64,000 nt of DNA from an uncultured Candidatus Saccharibacteria bacterium (lineage in GTDB: Bacteria; Patescibacteriota; Saccharimonadia; CAILAD01; BJGX01): assembly GCA_964390265.1 (NCBI GenBank), contig CAYMHI010000002.1, forward strand, positions 4,254-68,253, read 5' to 3'. Numbering within the stretch: position 1 is the first letter of the stretch; every line of letters begins with the position of its first letter. The position numbers were made by a program, and so were the translations under genes. The notes beneath the pieces are model-generated. The model did no database searches and was not told the origin of the DNA. It was given only the letters and a program-made list of their open reading frames with translations. Below are positions 49,816 to 59,651 of the stretch, one piece after another.

Positions 49816-50239
49816 CACTACGCCCTATCTGTTACGCAGATAGGGCTTTTTATATAACTTATAAAGTACATCTCAAACAATAATGTCAGTGAAACTATAC
49901 AAATAGTATGTTTCACACCAGATGTGAAACATATATATAGAGTAGAGTGTATATAAAACTTGTAAAAAAGTATTGACAAACACCTCATAGTTTGATACAA
50001 TACTTGGCGATACGGTGACCAGGGTAAAACCAATTGTCGTGTCGACACTTTGACAAAGCAAGGATCATATATAAGTAAACAACAATCATGTTGACTGTTG
50101 TGCTGCATAGACCGGTTTACAAATAAATGTTAGACCGGCGCATGCAGTACAACAGCAGTAAACAAAAAAGATAATACGCTTTTTTGTATGGTAGCCCAAA
50201 CCAATTAAGCTACCGTTGCCCCAGGAGGGGTATATCGAC

Positions 50240-51820
50240 ATGACCAGCAACGACACCCGTACCAGCGCGCAGAAGCGCCAGGACACCATCAACGAGCGCA
50301 AGGCCGAGGCCGAGCGCCTGGGCATGAGCTACACCGACTACGTCAAGTCCCTCAAGGCCCAGAAGCGCAAGCCCGGCAAGAAGAAGACCGGCACGGCTCC
50401 GGCCGCGCAGGAAGACAGCGTCGAGGAGACCCGAAGGGCCATCCGAGGTGCCAAGGGCCAGACCGGTTCGACCGTGGCCGAGCAGGCAACGGCTGCGCTC
50501 ACGCACATCCACGACGACGACAGCATGAGCTGGAAGGACGACGCCCACAAGGGCGAGGCCATCCTGAAGCTCATGTCCGGCGACGAAGAGGTGCAGCTGG
50601 CGGGTCTGAGGATGTACGAGACCAGCCTGCGATACACGGAGGCGGCACGCATCAAGGACGAGCTCATCGAGGGTGGCATCGACGATGACGTCGCCGAAAC
50701 CATTCGCTTCAAGATGTGCAACCCGCACGCCGAAGTTCGCGAGTGGGTCAGCGAGGTAGTGTTGCCCAAGATCAAGTCGGGTGAATGGAGCACGGTCCCC
50801 AAGAAGGACTTTGCTACCACCAACCCGACGAGTGGCCCCAGCCAGAGCCCCGCTGAGATCCGTGAGGAGCTCAACAAGGCACTCGAGCAGATGCGGAACC
50901 ACCCGTTCCGAAGCGCCATCGAGGCGCTCATCGTCGAGCAGGCTGAGGCCAAGGGCGGCAAGCACGCGAAGTGGGTCATCCAGGTTCTCAATGACGAGAG
51001 CGACCCGTTGCATCGTGCCAAGTCCATCCGGGCAGCAAAAGGTGTGTTCTTGAGCATTGGTCACCAGATTGCCGAACCGTTGGTGCCGCTCGACATCGCT
51101 CAGCTCGAGGCCGACCGCAAGGTCATCCTGGGCGACGTGAACGCGAGCAAGCTGACGGGCTGGGTGGCTGAGAAGATCAGCGACCCGGGCGATCTGAAGC
51201 ACATGCAGAACCGTGCTTCCCTGAGGAAGGCCCTTGCCATCGCCCATGGAGTGCTGGGCAGGTACATCGAGACCGCCGCAGTGGTGGCCAAGGTACTCGA
51301 GACCATCGACCCGTGGTTCAGCTACGGCTGGGATGCGGAACTCGATGCGATCGAGCAGCGCGATGCCGAGCGCACAGCCAACCAGGCGAATCCGTACGTG
51401 CCCTGGAAGGTCGAGCTCATCGACGAAGCGCTGGCGGCTTACAAGGCCGACCTCGAAGACGGCGGGAGCGCGCTGCTTGCTCTGTGTGGCAACACCAACA
51501 AGCTGCACGGTCTGCTCAAGGCGATCGATGTGTTTCGACGCGTCGTGACCGAAACCGGACAGACCCTGTTCGAGAGCCACGAGTTGCAGATGCAGTTCGA
51601 GGCGCTTCTCGGTGGCGACAAGGCCAAGGCGAGCAACTCCAAGCCGAGTGATGGCGCGCCCACCCGGCGTTCCAGCACCTCCGAGGAGAAGCGAGCCAAG
51701 GCCGAGCGCAACCGGAAGAACCGGGAAGCCCGGGCCGAGGCCGACAAGGCCAAGGCCGCCGCCAACCCCGAGCGCAAGCGCGGGTACGAGCAGGTCGGGG
51801 GCCGCAAGAAGAAGAGTTAA
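50240..51820 (+). CDS. GC-rich 526-aa orphan with basic termini
   Basis: AGGAGG RBS; strong G/C third-position bias in this frame. Confidence 0.8.
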   Translation: MTSNDTRTSAQKRQDTINERKAEAERLGMSYTDYVKSLKAQKRKPGKKKTGTAPAAQEDSVEETRRAIRGAKGQTGSTVAEQATAALTHIHDDDSMSWKDDAHKGEAILKLMSGDEEVQLAGLRMYETSLRYTEAARIKDELIEGGIDDDVAETIRFKMCNPHAEVREWVSEVVLPKIKSGEWSTVPKKDFATTNPTSGPSQSPAEIREELNKALEQMRNHPFRSAIEALIVEQAEAKGGKHAKWVIQVLNDESDPLHRAKSIRAAKGVFLSIGHQIAEPLVPLDIAQLEADRKVILGDVNASKLTGWVAEKISDPGDLKHMQNRASLRKALAIAHGVLGRYIETAAVVAKVLETIDPWFSYGWDAELDAIEQRDAERTANQANPYVPWKVELIDEALAAYKADLEDGGSALLALCGNTNKLHGLLKAIDVFRRVVTETGQTLFESHELQMQFEALLGGDKAKASNSKPSDGAPTRRSSTSEEKRAKAERNRKNREARAEADKAKAAANPERKRGYEQVGGRKKKS

Positions 51821-52202
51821 CTTCTTCCGCCGGTATCAGGAACCGGCGACAACCAACGCCGATTAACTTCGGCAAAAAACCTGAATTTCGTCCCCCACGT
51901 AGGGGCCGGTAGGAGATCGATTTCTGATCTGTGGACATGGTCCTTAACTACCGGCCCCTGGGGGCTGCAACAAGAAAGAGAATATATATGATATCTTGCT
52001 TTGTCTCTTTCCCAGAAAACCTATTATTTGGCTGAGATTCTGAAGCTAGTTCAGAATGACGAATTAGGCTTTGTGAGAAAGAACACCAAAACACCACCAT
52101 ACATTAGGTGGTGTTTTGTATATTAAACAATTATAATACCACTTGTAATTGTACCTACCACCACTATAGCTCACAGGCCGAGCCGAAAGGGGTACACAAG
52201 CT

Positions 52203-52739
52203 ATGATGACCTCAATGGGAATTGAGTTCCCTGACGACCATATTCGAATTACTCCGCGCACTAGCGCCGAGCTAGACCGAGCAACTCATCAAGAAATCGC
52301 TCTGATGATACTTGCAATTTTGGCTGACAATAGACGATTGTACAGAGACGTACGTGAAGATGGCTATCGCTCGAGTATAAGGCGCGTAAAAACCAAGTAC
52401 GATATCTTTGACCCCAATCTGGTTATAGATGAATCTGACTTGAAAAGATGGAAACGCATTCTCAAACGGATATTTATTCCCGCCGAGAATGAGCACGAGC
52501 GACGGCTCAATTGTCATAGTGCTGAAAAATGTCGTTTGCTTAGATTGATGGTACAAAAACGGTATCCAGAGTGGCGCGCAATGCTGGTAAATCATCCGGA
52601 GTATTCTGAGTACAATCAAGACTTAGATAGGATGATGCTTACAGAACTCGAAGCAATGCTCAGAGAGCTTAAGTGTATAGAAGAAATGGGTATTAGATTC
52701 TCTGATGATGGCGAAGTAGATACCACGAACAGTAGCTAA
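52203..52739 (+). CDS. Hypothetical protein
   Basis: ORF followed by terminator hairpin. Confidence 0.55.
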   Translation: MMTSMGIEFPDDHIRITPRTSAELDRATHQEIALMILAILADNRRLYRDVREDGYRSSIRRVKTKYDIFDPNLVIDESDLKRWKRILKRIFIPAENEHERRLNCHSAEKCRLLRLMVQKRYPEWRAMLVNHPEYSEYNQDLDRMMLTELEAMLRELKCIEEMGIRFSDDGEVDTTNSS

Positions 52740-52809
52740 GAAGTGTGGCTAAGTCTAGCTGCGGTCTAAATATTTAGGCCGCTTTTTTAATTCTGATATA
52801 CTAAGTAGT

Positions 52810-53871
52810 ATGAATGATAATGCTTATGCCAAATTGAGCCAAATAGACAAAAATCACATTTTTGACGTGATAGATGCTCAGCCCAATCAGCTACGCCAAA
52901 ACTACGCCGATAGTATGCGCGACGATATTACCGCCCAAGATGGGGTGGGTATAGACAACGTTTTGTTTGTGGGTATGGGTGGCTCGGCTTTGGCGGGTTC
53001 GCTGGCACACAACTGGCTAAGCTCGCGTAGTCAAGTGCCAATAGAGGTAGTGCGAGGCGATAAATTACCGGGCTACACCAGCAATAGAACGCTGGCAATA
53101 ATATCTAGCTACTCGGGTGATACGGCTGAGACATTGGGAGCACTTGAGCAAGCCTTTAAGCTCAATGCTCAAATAATAGGGGTGGGCCGTGGTGGTAAAT
53201 TAGCCAGGTTGTGCCGAGAGTCAAACTTAACATTTCTCAAATTGCCACAAGTAAGCCAACCACGGCTAGCAGTTTTTGCTTGCCTGCGCGCCCTAGCTTG
53301 TGTACTAGATGATATGGGCTTAGTAGCTGCCACCGATCTGCGGCGTGAGTTGCAAGATGCTGCTGATTACCTCGATACCGCTAAGTTGAGTTGGGGCAGC
53401 GATGCCACCCAAGACAATTTAGCCAAGCGGGTTGCTACTACACTACAAAACAAACCGGTAATTATCTATACTAGCCCTCTACTAGAGAGCGCTGGCTACA
53501 AATGGAAGATAGACATTAACGAAAACGCCAAACAAATGGCCTTTAGCAACACTTTTACTGAGCTAAATCACAACGAAATGCAAGGCTGGGTAGAGCAAAC
53601 CAATGCTGAGTTTGCCAATATATTGCTACATACCGATTACGATAGTACTGCTGTTAAGGCACGTATATCTATTACCGAAAATTTATTAAAAAAATACGGT
53701 TATGAGCCTATACACTTAGAGGCCAGAGGTAGTAATCACATTCAGCAACTGCTCTACATTATATTATTGGGAGACTTTGCGAGCGCATACTTGGCAATAC
53801 TAAATGGTGTAGATCCTACACCGGTAGAGATTGTTCAAGAATTTAAGAAAAAACTCGCTCTAAGCACTTAA
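52810..53871 (+). CDS. Bifunctional phosphoglucose/phosphomannose isomerase (SIS)
   Basis: GMGGSA, SSYSGDTAET, QPR, WK..INENAK, ELNHNE, VDPTPV. Confidence 0.93.
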   Translation: MNDNAYAKLSQIDKNHIFDVIDAQPNQLRQNYADSMRDDITAQDGVGIDNVLFVGMGGSALAGSLAHNWLSSRSQVPIEVVRGDKLPGYTSNRTLAIISSYSGDTAETLGALEQAFKLNAQIIGVGRGGKLARLCRESNLTFLKLPQVSQPRLAVFACLRALACVLDDMGLVAATDLRRELQDAADYLDTAKLSWGSDATQDNLAKRVATTLQNKPVIIYTSPLLESAGYKWKIDINENAKQMAFSNTFTELNHNEMQGWVEQTNAEFANILLHTDYDSTAVKARISITENLLKKYGYEPIHLEARGSNHIQQLLYIILLGDFASAYLAILNGVDPTPVEIVQEFKKKLALST

Positions 53872-53983
53872 AATTACTTCAATACTGCGCCTATGGTTGT
53901 AAAAAAACCCTTTTTATGCTAAAAATAGGTTGCCTGCTAATTAGTAGCGCGTACTTACCAACTATCAAAAAGGCTGGACCTCA

Positions 53984-54580
53984 ATGTCTCCGTTTCCAAC
54001 AAGCAAGAGGATTAAGGTAGCAGTAATTGTTGTAGATCTGCCAAACATGAACTCGCGACTAAGAGAATTGGTTGGTGCAGATGTTCATCTAGGCGAGGAT
54101 CAAAAAATTCATTACGATGTGCTCAAAGCCTATTTTGAGTCATTGTTTGATGATGATACCGATATCAATGCCACCGCATTCATGAATGTGAGCCACGATA
54201 ACTGGGGAGGGGCTCTTGGTTGGTCAAATAGCTCGATGAAGAGTGCTGGCTGGGAGGTGTATGTAAGACCTCGTATTGGCAAGTCTGATGTTGACGAAAA
54301 TATGACAGCTCACATTGAGAAAATTACCAACAACCCAGCAAAAGAAGTGGTGATGGTGGCGATAGTGTCGCACGATGTAAGTCAGTTTGGAGGACTGCTT
54401 GCCCAATTGAGTAGACAGGGGATCAGAGCAGCATACGTAGCCTTTTCAGAAATGATCAGTCCTTGGCCAAAAGAAGGTGTAGAGGTAATTGATCTGCGCG
54501 ACATTGCCGGAATTACCGACAAGCCCTTACCGGACCGTCTGCGATACGAGAACATACCCGCTGAGGGAATGTACTTATAA
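53984..54580 (+). CDS. NYN/PIN-like domain protein
   Basis: VDLPNM, KSDVDENM, VSHD...F acidic motifs. Confidence 0.7.
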   Translation: MSPFPTSKRIKVAVIVVDLPNMNSRLRELVGADVHLGEDQKIHYDVLKAYFESLFDDDTDINATAFMNVSHDNWGGALGWSNSSMKSAGWEVYVRPRIGKSDVDENMTAHIEKITNNPAKEVVMVAIVSHDVSQFGGLLAQLSRQGIRAAYVAFSEMISPWPKEGVEVIDLRDIAGITDKPLPDRLRYENIPAEGMYL

Positions 54581-54675
54581 AATGCCCCAACTCTATTATC
54601 AGGAGTTGGGTTTTTTAATACACTAGAGCTCTAAGCCTTGAAAGAATATAATAAAGGAGTTCATTAACGATATAC

Positions 54676-54765
54676 GGAGAGGTGGCCGAGTGGCTGAAGG
54701 CGCACGCTTGGAAAGCGTGTGGGCGGGCAACCGTCTCGCGGGTTCGAATCCCGCTCTCTCCGCCA
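54676..54765 (+). tRNA. tRNA-Ser(GGA)
   Basis: CACGC-TTGGAAA-GCGTG, long variable arm, CCA. Confidence 0.97.
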
Positions 54766-54808
54766 TTGTAGATTTTTTAATAAAAATAGAGCATAATTAA
54801 AAGCACTT

Positions 54809-55510
54809 ATGGTAGATAATAATTCAAACGACATAGAAAACGAGGTTCAGGCTACTGAGTCGTCATTTAATGCCGATATACCCGGCGAAGACGTAGATAA
54901 AGGCTTAGCTGGAGTGGAACTTGTAGGTAAAAGAGCTGAAGAAAAGGCGGCTAAGCCAGAAGAAAAGCCCCCATCACTGTTTTCGCGCTACTTGAAGCTT
55001 GGATCAACCAAGCCGGCCGAAAACAAACCAACCACCAACCCAGATGTGCCCGAGCAGTTCTTAATGCGTTGGAGTGCTCCTGAGTTTGTGCAGACCCACA
55101 AACCCATTGGCTGGTATATAGGTTTCGGTATATTTTTTATAGCCATGATAGCGCTGGCTGTATTCACTAGGCAATATCTAGCTATTGGTGTATTTGTACT
55201 GATGGCGATTACACTATTTATTTATGCCAATCGTCCACCTAGAGTACTGCAGTATCAAATAAGTAATTATGGTGTGTATGTGGGCGACAAAAAATATATG
55301 TATGACAACTTTGATGCCTACTATGAGACGAGCGATTATGGCCAAACGGTATTAGAGCTAGTGCCAAACGGCAGATTTGGCACGCTAGTAAGCCTGCCCC
55401 CTGCTGAGCACAAGTTAGAACAATTAGAGCAAACACTTGGACAAATGCTACCCAAGGTAGATAACCGCGAAAATATTGTTGATAAGCTTTTTAGAAAACT
55501 ACGATTTTAA
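54809..55510 (+). CDS. Two-TM membrane protein with C-terminal PH-like domain (CPR-type)
   Basis: WSAPEF...K..GWY, two TMs, PPRVLQYQISNYGV. Confidence 0.7.
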   Translation: MVDNNSNDIENEVQATESSFNADIPGEDVDKGLAGVELVGKRAEEKAAKPEEKPPSLFSRYLKLGSTKPAENKPTTNPDVPEQFLMRWSAPEFVQTHKPIGWYIGFGIFFIAMIALAVFTRQYLAIGVFVLMAITLFIYANRPPRVLQYQISNYGVYVGDKKYMYDNFDAYYETSDYGQTVLELVPNGRFGTLVSLPPAEHKLEQLEQTLGQMLPKVDNRENIVDKLFRKLRF

Positions 55511-55544
55511 AAAATCAGCCATCTAAGGCTGACTTAATAATACC

Positions 55545-55709
55545 TGGTGCGCCCGGCGGGATAGCGGCTAACGCCTTCTCCCTGTGGTGCTCGACCAAAA
55601 CACTAACAAGTTTGGTTTTGCTCTGCGCGCCTCCTGCACCGAACCATAGGTTTCGACTCTGTCAAACAAACCAATCTCTAGCCCTCATGTAAACATGAGT
55701 ACCAGAGAT
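55545..55709. mobile_element. 165-bp tRNA-3'-end-associated element (copy B) with 17-bp duplication of the tRNA-Arg 3' end
   Basis: TGGTGCGCCCGGCGGGA at 55545-55561 and 55710-55726; interior homologous to 24050-24214. Confidence 0.75.
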
Positions 55710-55786
55710 TGGTGCGCCCGGCGGGATTCGAACCTACGACCTTCAGTACCGCAAACTGACGCTCTATCCAGCTGAGCTACGGGCGC
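55710..55786 (-). tRNA. tRNA-Arg(GCG)
   Basis: TCAGT-TTGCGGT-ACTGA anticodon arm; CCA; T-stem has one A-C mismatch. Confidence 0.92.
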
Positions 55787-55895
55787 GCATCTTGATTAAT
55801 TTAATTTGCACTATTGCTGTGCAACAGAGAGATTATACCCTATTATTCGGCAAAATAAAAGAAACACATTAGTGATATTACAATGCAAAAAGTAC

Positions 55896-55924
55896 TTGAC
55901 AATAATGCTAGTGTTAGCTATAAT
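55896..55924 (+). promoter_or_regulatory. Consensus sigma70 promoter of large structured RNA 2
   Basis: TTGACA-17 nt-TATAAT. Confidence 0.85.
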
Positions 55925-55930
55925 ACTACT

Positions 55931-56779
55931 CATGTTCATTTTCATTACGAATAGAACTGAAACTTCTAGGTTGAACCGCTGACCTCCTCAGCGTGTCTCA
56001 CCCAAGGAGCCGGTCGCCCATCGCCCGCCCGGCCGGCTCCTAAAATCTCCTCTTGTACTGTGCAATGTAGTGCCAACGCGAAGCGCCAAGGCGTAGCGAG
56101 GCGCGATCTTCACCTTTTGCAAAGAGAGGTGGCATGGTCAAGGAGAACCCCAATCAGCCAGGGGTCAATTGCGGGTAACAAAGATTCTGCGGTTGTTAAA
56201 TTACACCACCGCGGTGCCAACCAAAAAGGGCTGACTAAATCACTTTTTGGAATCTTTAACAGAGCTTGATAACTATCGCTACTACTGGAGACGCTGCGGC
56301 GTCGTGGAAGGTAGTGGATGATAAGCTCGCAGCCTGCCGGCTGAGACTCTGCTCTCCTAGCAAGAGAGTTAAAGAAGGCAAACTGTCCAGGCAGTATAAA
56401 AAACAGGTGAGGCATGAGCCAAATCTGTTTGGCGCCCCATCTTGGGCGTATAAGAGTTTGGTGTAGCTCAATAGATACGAGGGTGCGAAGAGCCTGGACT
56501 CTTCAAGCCTTCACCAGTTCTTTAAAGATCGGGGTTCGGTCGGCTCCTCCTCTCGCCGGGACCCGCCACCGACCGAACCCCACTTCGCCAGTCAGCGGCC
56601 TCAAGCTGGCGATCCCGAGAACATCGGGAGGGGCGCTCCGCATAGGAGCTACAACCACCCCGCCATGAGGCACCCTGGCCATCGTCCAGGGTTACTAAGA
56701 GAAGATACAACGTCCACCGGTAGGGAGGGCCACCAAGGCCCTCCCTACCACGACCACCCACCAATTGGTGGGTTTTTTT
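55931..56779 (+). ncRNA. Candidate large structured ncRNA 2 (about 850 nt), family unassigned
   Basis: No credible ORF; nested long-range helices and many hairpins; intrinsic terminator at the end. Confidence 0.75.
56756..56779 (+). terminator. Intrinsic terminator
   Basis: ACCCACCAATTGGTGGGT followed by a T run. Confidence 0.85.
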
Positions 56780-56808
56780 ATTACTGCTATAATATTAAGT
56801 CAACAACA

Positions 56809-57600
56809 ATGAAAAACATTATTATTTTTAGCAAACCCAGTCAGCGTGCAAAAGCCATAGCGGCCAAATTAAAAAATGACCTAAAAGAATTAAAAAAATC
56901 GCCTAGCAAACCGATTGTAGTTGCTATAGGTGGTGATGGTACTATGCTAATGGCTATAAATAAATACGAGAACAAAGATGTATTGTTTATAGGTATATCT
57001 GCTGGACACTTAGGGTTTTTACAGACACTTAACTATGAAGACACTCCATTACTCATTCAATCAATTGAGAAGAATCAATTTAGTATAATTTCTGCACCAA
57101 TGTTGGGTGTTCGATATGTCGATAACAAGCAAGTGTTGGGCTACTGTTTTAACGATATTACCATTGAACGGTCTGGCCCCAGAGCGGCACGTTTCCAACT
57201 GCATGTAGACGACTTTGAAGGAACATTTATTGGTGATGGAATTATTTTTTCAACACCTCTCGGCTCAACTGCCTATTCACTTGCGGCTGGCGGGCCCATA
57301 ATAGATTCGCGTGCTCAGGATGTATTTGTGGTGAGCCCCAGCAATCCGCACATATCGGCGCTTTACTCTAGCTTACAGCGACCACACGTAATGCAAAAGG
57401 GCCGAATTATTAAGGTAGAATCTTACCCCGAAGATCGCAAAGAAAGACCCATACAGCTATCAATAGACGGCCATATTATTACCAATAAACTTACTCGTGG
57501 TGTTGAAGTATTTGTATCTGATAAATCTGTAAAATTATTAGAACTTAAAGAAAAAGATTTTCATAGTCGTATAGACAAAAAAAGACTCGGTAAATATTAA
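56809..57600 (+). CDS. nadK: NAD(+) kinase
   Basis: GGDGTML, GHLGFL, GDGIIFSTPLGSTAYSLAAGGPI; start at ATG 56809. Confidence 0.93.
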   Translation: MKNIIIFSKPSQRAKAIAAKLKNDLKELKKSPSKPIVVAIGGDGTMLMAINKYENKDVLFIGISAGHLGFLQTLNYEDTPLLIQSIEKNQFSIISAPMLGVRYVDNKQVLGYCFNDITIERSGPRAARFQLHVDDFEGTFIGDGIIFSTPLGSTAYSLAAGGPIIDSRAQDVFVVSPSNPHISALYSSLQRPHVMQKGRIIKVESYPEDRKERPIQLSIDGHIITNKLTRGVEVFVSDKSVKLLELKEKDFHSRIDKKRLGKY

Positions 57601-57980
57601 ATATTATCTGTGATAAATTGTTTTAAGCCTTCAATGTCTTTTTTGTTCTCATCATAGAAGAAAGTTTTAATCCCTACTGACTCAGCTGATTTTGCCGCTT
57701 CAAGCTTGTGTTCAAAATATATTACGTCATCACTCTTGAGTTTGTAGTGTGATAGCATTTGTTTAAAATACTCTGGGTCGGTTTTTTCGGGATTATGTTG
57801 GAGGGTGAATAGTTCATAAGGCAAATAGGTGAGACCAAACTTTTTAATTTCTTTATTGTTGGCGCCGGTAAGTATAATCTTCTTATTAGGGAAAGTATCG
57901 AGCATATCTACCATTGGCTTATATAAACCCTCGTCTTTTGTTACTAAGCCACCAATAGCATCTACTAATATTGTTTTCAT
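57597..57980 (-). CDS. Short HAD-like protein
   Basis: MKTILVDA, PEKTDPEYF, IYFEH; start trimmed to ATG 57980. Confidence 0.7.
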   Translation of the reverse strand: MKTILVDAIGGLVTKDEGLYKPMVDMLDTFPNKKIILTGANNKEIKKFGLTYLPYELFTLQHNPEKTDPEYFKQMLSHYKLKSDDVIYFEHKLEAAKSAESVGIKTFFYDENKKDIEGLKQFITDNI

Positions 57981-58018
57981 GAATGTATTATACAATAGTT
58001 GAGTATAATAGATGTAGT

Positions 58019-58108
<90 letters not shown>

Positions 58109-58175
58109 AATTTATATATACTACTATTACAATTTTATTAGAATAATCTCAATAATTACTAAGCCAACGGCCATA

Positions 58176-59519
58176 ATGGACAAAAGAGAACAGCACAAAC
58201 AACAATTAGCAATTTTAGGTAAAGAGCTACAAGGCAATACTCAGCCCATACGCATAGCCAAAAAAACTATCTCCAACCTTTTTCGTTATGAGGGCAGCAA
58301 GCCAGACATTGGTAGTCGAGAGGTTGATTTGAGCAAATTCAATAAGCCTCTCTATGTTGATACCAAGGCAAAAACTCTTGAGGTACAAGGGCTAACTACT
58401 ATGAATAATATTGTAGATTTTTGTTTGCCTCACGGATTGTTGCCACTTATTACTCCAGAACTTAAACATATTACAATTGGCGGAGCAATTGTTGGTATAG
58501 GTATAGAGTCTAACTGTTACAAATATGGGTTTGTGCATGACAGCTTGCTTGAGGCTGATGTATTGTTGCCGGATGGCACAATTGTAACAGCAACCGCTAC
58601 CAATGAATACTCAGACCTGTTTTATGGCTTACCAAACTCATACGGTACTTTGGGCTATGTGTTGCGGGCCAAAATAAAACTGCGCAATGCCACCAAATAC
58701 GTGAGCTTACACACTCAAAAGTATTCAGATTCTAAAAGTTTACTTGCGGCAATTAAGCGAGCCACCCAAGACACCAGCATAGACTATGTAGAGAGTTTAG
58801 TCTACGATGCCAAAACCATGTTTTTGACTGTAGGTGAGCAGGTAAAAACTTTGCCGAACGGCGAAAAGCTGTCTAGCATATATGGCTCCTCGATATTCTA
58901 TAAAGATATTTCAAAACCCGGCGACATGTACTTGCCTACCAAAGAGTATATATTTCGCTACGACCCTGAGTGGTTTTGGAATGTGCCAGAGTCAAAATTT
59001 TATAATTTGTATCGAAGAATTGCGCCACCGGCTTTGCGTAACTCGGGGTTCTTTACGCGCTACAATGCGTTTAGAAGTCGGCATGTGTCGCAAATCGAAA
59101 CCGATAATAGCCTAGAAAGGCTTATTCAAGATTGGGAAGTACCGTGGCCACAAGCTCAGGGACTACTAGACTTTGGACTGGCCAATATTGATATGGCCGG
59201 CCACCCATGGCTAATAACAGTAATTAAGACCCCAGCAAAGGCGACTTGTTACCCAATGCAAGCTAATACTTTGTATCTTAATCTGGGCTCATACAGCTTT
59301 GTAAAAAAACTTATTGGCAAAGAGCCGTATTACAATACCAAAATAATGGACGATTACTGCTTTGAGCACGACGGAATAAAAATGCTTTACTCAAGCTCGT
59401 TTATGAGCCAAGCCAAGTTTAATAAAATATATGCAGGCGAAAAATATAAACAACTCAAGCAAAAGTATGATAGCGGTAAATTAGCGCCCACTACCTTTGA
59501 GAAAATAACGCGAACTTAA
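58176..59519 (+). CDS. FAD-binding oxidoreductase (DHCR24/TmsA-BfaA-like)
   Basis: RIAKKTISNLFR, PELKHITIGGAIVGIGIES, PNSYGTLGY, IKMLYS, KQKYD. Confidence 0.85.
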   Translation: MDKREQHKQQLAILGKELQGNTQPIRIAKKTISNLFRYEGSKPDIGSREVDLSKFNKPLYVDTKAKTLEVQGLTTMNNIVDFCLPHGLLPLITPELKHITIGGAIVGIGIESNCYKYGFVHDSLLEADVLLPDGTIVTATATNEYSDLFYGLPNSYGTLGYVLRAKIKLRNATKYVSLHTQKYSDSKSLLAAIKRATQDTSIDYVESLVYDAKTMFLTVGEQVKTLPNGEKLSSIYGSSIFYKDISKPGDMYLPTKEYIFRYDPEWFWNVPESKFYNLYRRIAPPALRNSGFFTRYNAFRSRHVSQIETDNSLERLIQDWEVPWPQAQGLLDFGLANIDMAGHPWLITVIKTPAKATCYPMQANTLYLNLGSYSFVKKLIGKEPYYNTKIMDDYCFEHDGIKMLYSSSFMSQAKFNKIYAGEKYKQLKQKYDSGKLAPTTFEKITRT

Positions 59520-59651
59520 GTAGTGATGCCCAATAAAAGTAAATTTTAAAATATTGTAATTATCTGTATAATAAATTGCAATAATAGTATACTCATAAAA
59601 GAATGTGTGTCCCAGATAGGACACTATAATAATTAATCAAAGGGGATAGAT

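Noticed and set aside
50210-51580. 456-aa antisense ORF
   Set aside because: Shadow of the GC3-biased plus-strand gene
56060-56764. Short ORFs and the N-terminal extension of NAD kinase (from 56665)
   Set aside because: No RBS; the extension crosses a terminator; true start is probably 56809
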